NCBI RefSeq assembly: GCF_000018785.1
Contig: NC_010163.1
Span: 1,260,001 to 1,292,000, forward strand
Length of the DNA stretch: 32,000 nucleotides
Reading direction: 5' to 3'
Origin: Acholeplasma laidlawii PG-8A
GTDB lineage: Bacteria; Bacillota_I; Bacilli_A; Acholeplasmatales; Acholeplasmataceae
The notes under the pieces are model-generated. The model saw only the letters and a list, made by a program, of their open reading frames with translations. It searched no databases and was not told where the DNA came from. Position 1 is the first letter of the stretch. The number at the start of each line of letters is the position of its first letter. Both the position numbers and the translations under genes were made by a program. Shown piece after piece: positions 18,821 through 27,464 of the stretch.

Positions 18821-19822
18821 CTATAGTAATACAACTTTATCTTTACATGCCTCAATGGTTTCATCATCCCAAACGGATGCTTGAACTTCACCAATGTGTG
18901 CTTTTTCTAATAATATGAGACACAATCTACTTTGTCCAATACCTCCACCAATGGTAAGTGGTAGTGTTTCATTCATAATCATTTGATGATATGGATATTT
19001 TAGATCTTCTAATCTATGTTTCATCTCTAACTGTTTTCTTAAACTTGTTTCATCTACACGAATACCCATACTACTAATTTCTATGGCCATATCTAGTGTT
19101 TCATGGTAATACAACAAATCACCATTTAAATCCCAGTCATCATAGTCAGGTGCACGTAAATCGTGTGGCATACCAGATGCTAGGTTATGACCAATACGCA
19201 TGATAAATACGACCTTTTTATCTTTTACGATTTGGTATTCACGTTCTTTACTAGTAAGGTTAGGATATAAGTTTTCTAAGGCTTGACTATCTATAAAAAA
19301 AACTTCATCTGGGGCTTGGTATGTAATCTCTGGATATTTAAGCATGACTGTATTTGAAGTGTTTGCGATAGCTTCTACAATACTTTTTACAGTTTCTTTT
19401 AAATAATCTAGTGTTCTGTCCGTTCTTTCAATCACCTTTTCCCAATCCCATTGGTCTACATAGATAGAATGAATATTATCTAGTGTTTCTTCTTTTCTTA
19501 CTGCGTTCATATCTGTATATAATCCATTACCTACATAAAAATCATTTTGATATAACGCCATACGTTTCCATTTAGCAAGTGAGTGCACAATCTCTGCTTG
19601 TTTATTCATACTTGGTATGACAAACTGTACTGGATTTTCACCATTTAAACCGTCGTTAAGACCCGTTTCAGATAATACAAATAAAGGTGCGGTAACGCGT
19701 TTTAAATTAAGTTCTAATCCTAAATTATGCTGAAAAACATTTTTTATAAATCCGATTGCTGTTTGTGTATCATATAAGTTAAGTTTAGATTTGTAACCAT
19801 CAGGTATGATTGTTTTTGACAT
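18821..19822 (-). CDS. asnA: Aspartate--ammonia ligase (asparagine synthetase A)
   Basis: AsnA features: YKSKLNLYDTQTAIGFIKNVFQ, NGLNDGLNGENPVQF-like, SIYVDQWDWEK, GIGQSRLCLILLEKAHIGEVQASVW. Start reassigned to 19822 (MSKTIIPDGYK) with AGGGAG RBS. Confidence 0.95.
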   Translation of the reverse strand: MSKTIIPDGYKSKLNLYDTQTAIGFIKNVFQHNLGLELNLKRVTAPLFVLSETGLNDGLNGENPVQFVIPSMNKQAEIVHSLAKWKRMALYQNDFYVGNGLYTDMNAVRKEETLDNIHSIYVDQWDWEKVIERTDRTLDYLKETVKSIVEAIANTSNTVMLKYPEITYQAPDEVFFIDSQALENLYPNLTSKEREYQIVKDKKVVFIMRIGHNLASGMPHDLRAPDYDDWDLNGDLLYYHETLDMAIEISSMGIRVDETSLRKQLEMKHRLEDLKYPYHQMIMNETLPLTIGGGIGQSRLCLILLEKAHIGEVQASVWDDETIEACKDKVVLL

Positions 19823-19896
19823 GTGTATGCTCCCTAAAAGATATGATGTAATAGTATCATAAATAACCCAATATTTCAAACAATAACTCATATATA

Positions 19897-19926
19897 AAAA
19901 TCCACAACGAAATCATTCGTTGTGGA
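19897..19926 (-). terminator. Terminator downstream of the split lipoprotein gene
   Basis: aatccacaacgaa / ttcgttgtggatt stem; minus strand continues TTTTTATATA. Confidence 0.88.
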
Positions 19927-19946
19927 TTGAATACATTTGTTAATAA

Positions 19947-21151
19947 CTACATTAAACCGTCCATGATACCAGCAAATGGTGGATACTCAACGAGTTCAAA
20001 ACCTTCAAGTTCAGTATCACTTGGTAAGGTTAATGGATCGGCATTAAAATCTAGTGTAAATCCTAATTTGTTTAACTTCACAGTTAGTTTCATTAAAACC
20101 GGGAACCCACCACTTTGTTCTTCGTCTAAACTCATGGTAAATCCACTAAAATCACCAGTGATCATCATTTCAATTTTAGTTAATGTCTTAGCACCTTCTA
20201 ATTCACCTTCTAAAATGATTCTAAAATCAAAGTTGAATGCTTTAAATGCTGCTTTCATAGATGTTTTAATATTATTTAGTGTTTCTTGATCACCAAGATC
20301 TTGAAGCTCTGATAACATTGCAACAAATAGTTCATCAATAAGTTCTGCTACTTTATCTTGAGTAATTAAAAACTGAATCGTGTGCACTGTACCTGAACTA
20401 TAGATATTTACATGTGTATCGACCATATCTAACATTTCAGCACGTTCTTCTGCAGTCATTTCAGTATTTACATCAATCATTAAGCTTTGTTGAAGTTCCA
20501 AAATGCTAGCCATTAATTCTAAGTACATCTCTTGAGTAATTTGTCCATCTACTATTTTTTGTTGTACGTTCGCATAAGTTTCAGATTGTGAAGATGCTTC
20601 AACGACTTTGTTATCTTGTTTGAACTCTACATCATATCGACCATTTAATTGATAATACGCATAATCACTACGTGCTAGGAAGAATGTATTTGAAAGTGAT
20701 GCATCGATGGTTGTAACCGTATCAACTACAACTGGTTCTTCACCAATGATGTAGAAGAGTATGTATCATTTAACATGTTAAATTCAAACTTGTTAAATTT
20801 AGAATATACATAAGTATCCGCATTAGATTCACCTACTTCAATATAGTTTGTCATATTAAAATCAGCATCCAATGTCACGGTTGTATTATTTTCCATAGAC
20901 ATACCATCTGATGTAAATGACATCTCATTGGTTAAAGCAAACTCTAAATCAAGGAATGTATCTAATTTAAAATTATTTGTTACCTCATCATTTGAGGTGA
21001 CAACAGTTTGTAGGAATTCTACTTTTTCTTCAGCCGTCATGTCTACTTTTTCGTCATCTTTTAAGTCCGGTAATTTATTGTCACTCGTTGTACAACCAAC
21101 AAGTAATAATAAGATAAGCATAATTATCGAACTAAATATTTTTTTAATCAT
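19947..21151 (-). pseudogene. Lipoprotein gene split by an apparent 1-nt frameshift
   Basis: 5' part 20726..21151 (MIKKIFSSIIMLILLLLVGC lipobox) and 3' part 19947..20528. The 3' frame stays open upstream to about 20765, encoding ...ILFYIIGEEPVVVDTVTTIDASLSNTFFLARSDYAYYQLNGRYDVEF. The switch must lie between about 20728 and 20765. Confidence 0.7.
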
Positions 21152-21215
21152 ATTTAAAGCTCCTTTCGGGTTTGAAACTAGAATTTATAGTTTTATTATA
21201 CCTTTTTTAAATAAA

Positions 21216-21262
21216 AAAATGTTGTAGGTACTATATAGAATTATATTTTCCTACAACATTTT
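21216..21262 (-). terminator. Terminator downstream of the LTA-synthase-like gene
   Basis: aaaatgttgtagg / cctacaacatttt 13 bp stem, 21-nt loop, minus strand continues with a T-tract. Confidence 0.82.
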
Positions 21263-21291
21263 AGTGAACTTATATTCATTTGTATGATCAA

Positions 21292-23409
21292 TTAATCAAT
21301 TGTTAAATACTGTTGAACGTTTTTTGTAATCATTTGATCCATACGCTTTTTAAAGACGATGACATACTCATATACTTCATAAGGATCTATGCTTACCTCT
21401 GATGGGTTTTTATAGTAGAACACATTATCAGGGGTTGCTTCATTGTCGGTTGCTAGATGTTTTGATAATAAGTAATAATCATCTGTAATAATGTCAAAGG
21501 TTCTTGTATCAATTGAAAATGTTCTTTCATTTGATAGTGCATTGACACCATAATAGTATTGATTGGTTGTAACACCAAATAACTCTACAATGGTTCTATA
21601 TAAATCGACTTGACTACGTACTAGTGGTTGTCTACCCTTTATAAGCCCTTTAGGTAATACCGATGTTGTATCGGTATCATCTGGTGCATAGATAAAGGCT
21701 GTTGTTTTTAACATTTCTGTACGATATTCCAGCGGTGTTAAACTTCTACCCAGTATCACTTCTAAATCTCTTTTTGCAATACCAGAACCGTGGTCTGCAT
21801 AGAAAATATAGACTGTATCTTTAAGTGTTTTAGCTACTTCAAAGAATTTTTGATAAAAGTCATTGGTATAGCGTTCATAGTTAATAAATTTTAAGGCGGT
21901 TTGATCGATATTTAATGTATCTTGAGTAAACAGTGGTGTATCGATGTATGGATCATATAAGTAAGGTGTGTGTGGTTGAATCATGATTGGGTATAGGAAA
22001 TAATTTTTACCTAAGTTAGATATTCTTTCTGCCTCCATCATGGTCCAGTCCATTAAGGATAAATCACTAATCCAAGGACTTTTCTCATCCGTTTTAATTA
22101 AGTGGTTTGGATATCTATTTACTGCATTTTTATTTGATGAACGATTATCATCTTCTGCATCATAATAGATATACTCATCAAACTCAAACATGTTTTCATG
22201 TACATTTTGACGATTATAGAATATTGGTACATCGCTATGTAGGGATACTTTTTCATACCCATTAAATAGTTTAGGTAATGCATCAAATACATAAGGTACT
22301 TCATTATAATTCCAGTAGATGGTTGTATCGCCTCTAGGATATAGACCAGTCATAACAGAAAACTCAGCATCTGATGAGTTTCCAATACCTACATTGGTAT
22401 AGAAGTTATCAAGTACATAAGATTCACTTAATAAAGTCTTTAAATTACTAAAGTAGGCATCATCAAAATAAGGATTGTCTGTTTCAAGTAAGAAATGATT
22501 AAATGTCTCCACGTGAATAACAACTACATTTTTATCTTTAAAAATACCATTTAAATTATTATTTTGAAGTAGACTTGGATCTATTTCAACGGTTGGTGCC
22601 TCACTAATATGTAGTGTTTTACCATAACTTTGACCAAAGATATTGGTGTATGTATCTCTATTTTTATTATATGCACTAAATAATGTGCTATCAAATTGTT
22701 CATCATCTGATTTTTCAAGTAAGTTAATACCGAAAAACTCGCCTAAATAGAAGTTATATAAACCAGCAGATTGTACACCATAAAGTGGACGTTCTGCATT
22801 AATCGGCCATTTAGATTCCATCGATACTTTGACAACACCTAAAGTAGATACAGATAATATGAAGCCCATGATAAGTACCATGATCGGTAGCATCGGACCA
22901 TATTTTAATGTGTTTTTTTGACTAAAGGATTTTTTATCCGCTTTATGTTTAGATTTGATCACAAGGTAACATATAGATAAAACAATGGTTGGTATAAAGA
23001 CTAAGATTCTATAATATACAAAGATTTCTCTTAAGGCTTCAACAAATATGGAACCAGCTAAATCGAGGGCAGGATTATAAAACAGTGTCATTTCATAAAT
23101 AGAAAACATTGTAGAGTAGTATTTTGTAAAGATACCTACTGCAAATATACCGACATTTAAACCAAAGGTTATCCAGATAATGTAAAGTAATCTTGTCTTT
23201 TTACTCTTAAACACCAGTAAGCCAATAAATAGTAAAATGGTTAGTGCTGCAATATTACCAATAATTGAGTTTAACTCAATCATAGGGTTACGCTTAAAAG
23301 CGATTAAATAGCGATTTAATACGGCAGTTGTTACAAAGTATGTATTTATGATATTAAGTAAATAATATAGTACTACGACAACAATCGATACTTTAGCTTC
23401 TTTTCTCAA
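21292..23409 (-). CDS. LTA synthase family membrane sulfatase-like protein
   Basis: Multiple N-terminal TM helices then sulfatase-like domain: VVVIHVETFNHFLL, GIGNSSDAEFSVMTGLYP, QPHTPY, FYADHGSGI. TTG start at 23409 directly follows an in-frame stop two codons upstream. Confidence 0.88.
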   Translation of the reverse strand: MRKEAKVSIVVVVLYYLLNIINTYFVTTAVLNRYLIAFKRNPMIELNSIIGNIAALTILLFIGLLVFKSKKTRLLYIIWITFGLNVGIFAVGIFTKYYSTMFSIYEMTLFYNPALDLAGSIFVEALREIFVYYRILVFIPTIVLSICYLVIKSKHKADKKSFSQKNTLKYGPMLPIMVLIMGFILSVSTLGVVKVSMESKWPINAERPLYGVQSAGLYNFYLGEFFGINLLEKSDDEQFDSTLFSAYNKNRDTYTNIFGQSYGKTLHISEAPTVEIDPSLLQNNNLNGIFKDKNVVVIHVETFNHFLLETDNPYFDDAYFSNLKTLLSESYVLDNFYTNVGIGNSSDAEFSVMTGLYPRGDTTIYWNYNEVPYVFDALPKLFNGYEKVSLHSDVPIFYNRQNVHENMFEFDEYIYYDAEDDNRSSNKNAVNRYPNHLIKTDEKSPWISDLSLMDWTMMEAERISNLGKNYFLYPIMIQPHTPYLYDPYIDTPLFTQDTLNIDQTALKFINYERYTNDFYQKFFEVAKTLKDTVYIFYADHGSGIAKRDLEVILGRSLTPLEYRTEMLKTTAFIYAPDDTDTTSVLPKGLIKGRQPLVRSQVDLYRTIVELFGVTTNQYYYGVNALSNERTFSIDTRTFDIITDDYYLLSKHLATDNEATPDNVFYYKNPSEVSIDPYEVYEYVIVFKKRMDQMITKNVQQYLTID

Positions 23410-23548
23410 GTTTTACCAACCCTATTTCTTTTATAAGCACTATGATACATGTTCATTATAAATTAATTTATATAAAAGATAATTTATAACACATTTTATT
23501 ATACAATGTTAATCTAGAATTGTCATTCAAAGTTACCATATTCATAAA

Positions 23549-23588
23549 ATATAAACTACTCAAATAAAAATTTTTGAGTAGTTTATAT
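23549..23588 (-). terminator. Terminator-like hairpin downstream of the VOC protein gene
   Basis: atataaactactcaa / ttgagtagtttatat perfect 15 bp stem; overlaps nothing coding. Confidence 0.75.
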
Positions 23589-23595
23589 CATAAGT

Positions 23596-24030
23596 TTAAT
23601 CTATAATTAACATGTCTTGTGCATCAAACTTCCACATCGGTCCATATGCAACTTCCCAATAATAGCCGTCTAAATCTCTAAAATAGCCACTATAGCCACC
23701 CCATGATGTTGTTTGGGGCTTTTTAATGATTACGCCACCATGATGTTTGACAAGTGCCATCAATTCATCTACAGCTTCTTTTGTTTTCATATTACAAGCT
23801 AATGTAATACCGCTAAACCCTGTTGTTTGAATGACCGGTGGATTATTATCATTAATATCTTTAGCAAGCTCCTCTACCGGAAATAATTCTAACTTTGTAC
23901 CATTATTGTTAAAAAAGACAATTGGTGCACCAAATTGGGCATTTGTTTTAAAGCCTAATGCTTTAAAAAATGCTAAAGACTTATCCATATTTTTAACACC
24001 CAAACAAATAAGGTTAATCCGGTTGATCAT
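23596..24030 (-). CDS. VOC (glyoxalase/bleomycin resistance-like) family protein
   Basis: NLICLGVKNMDKSLAFFKALGFKTN...GGYSGYFRDLDGYYWEVAYGP; AGGAG RBS. Confidence 0.88.
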   Translation of the reverse strand: MINRINLICLGVKNMDKSLAFFKALGFKTNAQFGAPIVFFNNNGTKLELFPVEELAKDINDNNPPVIQTTGFSGITLACNMKTKEAVDELMALVKHHGGVIIKKPQTTSWGGYSGYFRDLDGYYWEVAYGPMWKFDAQDMLIID

Positions 24031-24054
24031 ATTTACTCCTAACCTAGTAACTTT

Positions 24055-24618
24055 TTATTTTACTATTTTATGCTTATGAGGAAGCGTTCCTCCAGATAAA
24101 GTAACCACATCATTTTCAGCAATTAAAGCGTGAGGTTCAATTGCTAAAATGCCTTGTTTGAGTTCTAATATATTCTTACGGTGGGTAAATAGCATAAGTA
24201 CTTGAACTTCTGTTTTTAACCCTTTTCCTTGAACGGTTGTTAATCCAATTTTTTTATCTCGAATATATTTCGCTATAATTTCGCTATTTTTGATTGGAAT
24301 GATAATGTTTAACATCACTTTTCCAAACGCCATCTTCTTTTCAACAATAGAACCTGCTATCACACCTACACCATAACCTAATGCATAGACGATACCTAAT
24401 AGTGGTGCAGTTTTTACATCATTAACTACTTGAGAGGCTACGAATACCCAAATTAATACTTCGATAAATGAAACTAATGCGCCCTGAAGTTTAAATCCAC
24501 GGTTTACAATAATAATTCTTACAGTTGAAAGTGTAACTTCAACCACTTTTGCAACAAAGACAAACAACACTGTATACCATGGTGCTGCTAATAAAAAATC
24601 TAAAATAAAATCTATCAT
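24055..24618 (-). CDS. UPF0316/DUF2179-like membrane protein
   Basis: AKVVEVTLSTVRIIIVNRGFKLQGALVSFIEVLIWVFVASQV and GVIAGSIVEKKMAFG motifs. Confidence 0.82.
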   Translation of the reverse strand: MIDFILDFLLAAPWYTVLFVFVAKVVEVTLSTVRIIIVNRGFKLQGALVSFIEVLIWVFVASQVVNDVKTAPLLGIVYALGYGVGVIAGSIVEKKMAFGKVMLNIIIPIKNSEIIAKYIRDKKIGLTTVQGKGLKTEVQVLMLFTHRKNILELKQGILAIEPHALIAENDVVTLSGGTLPHKHKIVK

Positions 24619-24718
24619 GTCTACTCAACTCCTATATAAACTATTATAACAATTAGAAGTTGATTTTTGTTAACCCTTTAAACATAAAGTTGTTTCTTAC
24701 GTAATCCTTACACTTGTC

Positions 24719-25510
24719 TTAGCTTCCAGCACTTTCATATCGCTTTAAACCTCTAGACCAAACGAATAATGAAACCATGAGCATACTTACACTAGCAATC
24801 ATAACATATAGTGTTGTAAGCCATAAGTTACCACCTTTTAAAAGAGCCTCTATGGGTAAAAATATCACTACAGAAAACGGTAAGATATAGGTTAAAACAA
24901 AACGGATTGCACGAGTAAAGATATCAATCGGATATTTTGCAAAATTAGAAAAGTCATAAATCATTGTCATTACTTCAATACTTCTTTTTGTCCAAAAGGA
25001 TAATGAACCAAAAATCAACTTAATAGCAAAGAAGAATAACATTGCAAAAAATGCAACTATTACTAACGCTAAAACATTCATCAGTGTCCATTCTACTGTA
25101 ACTAGTGGTGTAAAAAGCGCTAAGAAGACAATACCAAGTATCAGTTCTCCAATACCTTCTAACTGAATCATTTCAACAACAAGTTGAAATAATGGGTTAA
25201 TAGGCTTTACTAAGTACTTATCTAAAATACCTCTTGTAATACCACCATTAGCGAGTTGCCACACTTGATCAGATAAAATATGATCAAGTGATTTAGGTAT
25301 TAAATAAAACCCATATAAAAAGCCCATCATATTGATATCCCATCCATTTAAAGACGGAATTGCAGATATGGTTAAATACATGGTCGAAAAAATGAGTGCA
25401 TTTTCTAATAAGAAACCTAATATGCCTATAAAAGCATCAAACCTATATGCTAGTCTTGCTTTGATACTTCTAGATACATAATAAGGATATAATCTTAAAT
25501 ATTTTCTCAT
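24719..25510 (-). CDS. ABC-2 type transporter permease (DrrB/COG3694-like)
   Basis: Six hydrophobic helices, adjacent to a second permease and an ATPase; start at 25510 (MRKYLRLY) likely, ORF track begins at 25525. Confidence 0.85.
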   Translation of the reverse strand: MRKYLRLYPYYVSRSIKARLAYRFDAFIGILGFLLENALIFSTMYLTISAIPSLNGWDINMMGFLYGFYLIPKSLDHILSDQVWQLANGGITRGILDKYLVKPINPLFQLVVEMIQLEGIGELILGIVFLALFTPLVTVEWTLMNVLALVIVAFFAMLFFFAIKLIFGSLSFWTKRSIEVMTMIYDFSNFAKYPIDIFTRAIRFVLTYILPFSVVIFLPIEALLKGGNLWLTTLYVMIASVSMLMVSLFVWSRGLKRYESAGS

Positions 25511-25511
25511 A

Positions 25512-26336
25512 TCAACCACCAACACTTACTACATGTTTTTTAAGTCTATTAAATGAAAAGTTACATAATACACTTAATATTACTACCCACATCAGTTGTA
25601 TAAGTAGCGTCATTAGAATATCCATATACTCTAATCTACCCAATAAAATCATAATCGGTTTTTCAACCATACTTTGAAATGGTAAGAATCTTAAAACTGC
25701 ATTTAACCAATCTGGGAAAAATGAAGAAGGTAGTAAACTACCAGAGAAAAAGGATAGGATAATATTTTTAATAATCATTAATCCAAATAAAGCATTGGTG
25801 AAAATGGATATTTCACCAATTAAGAAATTCATAGAATCCACAATAACAAATGATAGGACCACACTTACTAAAAATAAAAGTAAGTGCGCTAGCTCTGGAA
25901 AGCCTATACCTAAACTTAAATTTAAAATGACAATAGATACGATAAATAGTGGAATAAACATTAAGATTGCAGTGGATAAGAAGTTACCAAAACTAGATGC
26001 TAATAATCGGTAGCGGTAGTTTATTGGGCGTATTAAACTAATTGCAATATTACCTTCATAAATATCAAAACCGATATTCCAAAATGAAGACGATGAGAAG
26101 ATAAGGGTAGTTGATACACGTGCAAATATTAAGTAAGCAATCATATCTTTAAACGTCATACCATTAATCGTTTCAGTTGGTGAGTTTTGGTAAATGGCTT
26201 GCCATAGATAAAAGAGGATAATTATAGATACTAAGTCGCCTAATAACCATCCAAGTGCACTAAACTTATATGCAAATCCATCCAGTATTCCCGCTTTTGA
26301 AAAAGCGAGATACTTTTTATATTTGTTTATTTTCAT
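25512..26336 (-). CDS. ABC-2 type transporter permease (COG4587-like)
   Basis: Hydrophobic helices; RPINYRYRLLASSFGNFLS; overlaps the upstream ATPase gene. Confidence 0.85.
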   Translation of the reverse strand: MKINKYKKYLAFSKAGILDGFAYKFSALGWLLGDLVSIIILFYLWQAIYQNSPTETINGMTFKDMIAYLIFARVSTTLIFSSSSFWNIGFDIYEGNIAISLIRPINYRYRLLASSFGNFLSTAILMFIPLFIVSIVILNLSLGIGFPELAHLLLFLVSVVLSFVIVDSMNFLIGEISIFTNALFGLMIIKNIILSFFSGSLLPSSFFPDWLNAVLRFLPFQSMVEKPIMILLGRLEYMDILMTLLIQLMWVVILSVLCNFSFNRLKKHVVSVGG

Positions 26337-27324
26337 AGATCTTTTTCACGATACTTTCTAATGAATTTTCTTCTATCTTAATATCTTCAATTGTGTATGT
26401 ATCTATGATTGTTTTTAATACGTCATTCACACTCATTTTTTCTAAATCAAAAGATAGATGGATATAACCTTCTATTTCTTCTATCAAACAATCTTTTGGT
26501 AACATCTCTTTTAACTCAAGGAGTATATTTCTTTCCTTAGTTAAAAAACTAATATGTCTCATATCACCAAATTTAGCTTTGATTTTCTTAATTGGCCCAT
26601 CATATAAGATACTACCTTCATCTAGAATAATTACGCGTTTACATAAGTCTGTAATATCTTCCATATTATGTGTTGTTAAAACAATGGTTGTATGATATTT
26701 TTTATTAATTTCTTTAATCGCCTCAATCATACGATCTTTAACTAGCACATCTAACCCTATGGTTGGCTCATCAAGGAATAAGATTTGTGGGTTATGAATT
26801 AAGCTTGCTGCTAAATCTGCACGCATGCGTTGACCTAAGGATAGTGTTCTAACTGGTTGGTTTAAGAAAGGATCTAGTTCTAATACTGTACTTAAAAATT
26901 TAAAGCGTTCTTCATATGCATCTTTGGGTACATCATAAATCTCTTTTAAGATGACTAAAGACTCAATAAGTGGTAAATCCCACCAGAGTTGTGTTCTTTG
27001 ACCAAAAACAACACCTATTTTATTTAATACGTGTTTTCTTTCTTTAGGATTGTATGGTTTATAACCATCAATCGTAATCACGCCATCTGTTGGTGTTAAG
27101 ATACCGCACATCATCTTGATCGTTGTAGACTTACCAGCACCATTGGCACCAATATAACCTACAATTTCACCCGGTTCTAAACTAAATGATATATCTTTAA
27201 CCGCTGCTACTGTTGTATATTTAAAACTAAACAGTGTTTTAAACATACCAAAAATACCAGGTTCTCTCACTGGTTTTTTAAATACTTTTTTTACGCCTTT
27301 AACTTCAATGATTGGCATATCCAT
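26317..27324 (-). CDS. ABC-2 type transporter ATP-binding protein
   Basis: GANGAGKSTTIKMMCGILTPTDG, LSLGQRMRADLAASLIHNPQILFLDEPTIGLDVLVKD; start ambiguous between 27324 and 27318. Confidence 0.93.
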   Translation of the reverse strand: MDMPIIEVKGVKKVFKKPVREPGIFGMFKTLFSFKYTTVAAVKDISFSLEPGEIVGYIGANGAGKSTTIKMMCGILTPTDGVITIDGYKPYNPKERKHVLNKIGVVFGQRTQLWWDLPLIESLVILKEIYDVPKDAYEERFKFLSTVLELDPFLNQPVRTLSLGQRMRADLAASLIHNPQILFLDEPTIGLDVLVKDRMIEAIKEINKKYHTTIVLTTHNMEDITDLCKRVIILDEGSILYDGPIKKIKAKFGDMRHISFLTKERNILLELKEMLPKDCLIEEIEGYIHLSFDLEKMSVNDVLKTIIDTYTIEDIKIEENSLESIVKKIYENKQI

Positions 27325-27418
27325 GTACCTCTTGTTCGTGTGTACTTTAATTATAAAATAATTGATAATATTTTACTTGTATTACTTTATGAAACCGCTT
27401 TTATATTTTAATAAAGAA

Positions 27419-27449
27419 AAGGTATACTTCAGTTTTTGAAGTATACCTT
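27419..27449 (-). terminator. Terminator of the MarR/ABC exporter operon
   Basis: aaggtatacttc / gaagtatacctt 12 bp stem; minus strand continues TTCTTTATT. Confidence 0.88.
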
Positions 27450-27464
27450 AAGTGTTTTACTTAT

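Noticed and set aside
19897-19926. Inverted repeat that might suggest a mobile element end or CRISPR-like repeat
   Set aside because: Single copy, directly downstream of a gene, followed by a T-tract on the minus strand: a normal terminator.
19823-19946. Possible T-box or other riboswitch upstream of asnA
   Set aside because: The space to the neighbouring gene is only about 120 nt and is partly filled by that gene's terminator. I saw no T-box consensus or antiterminator pairing.
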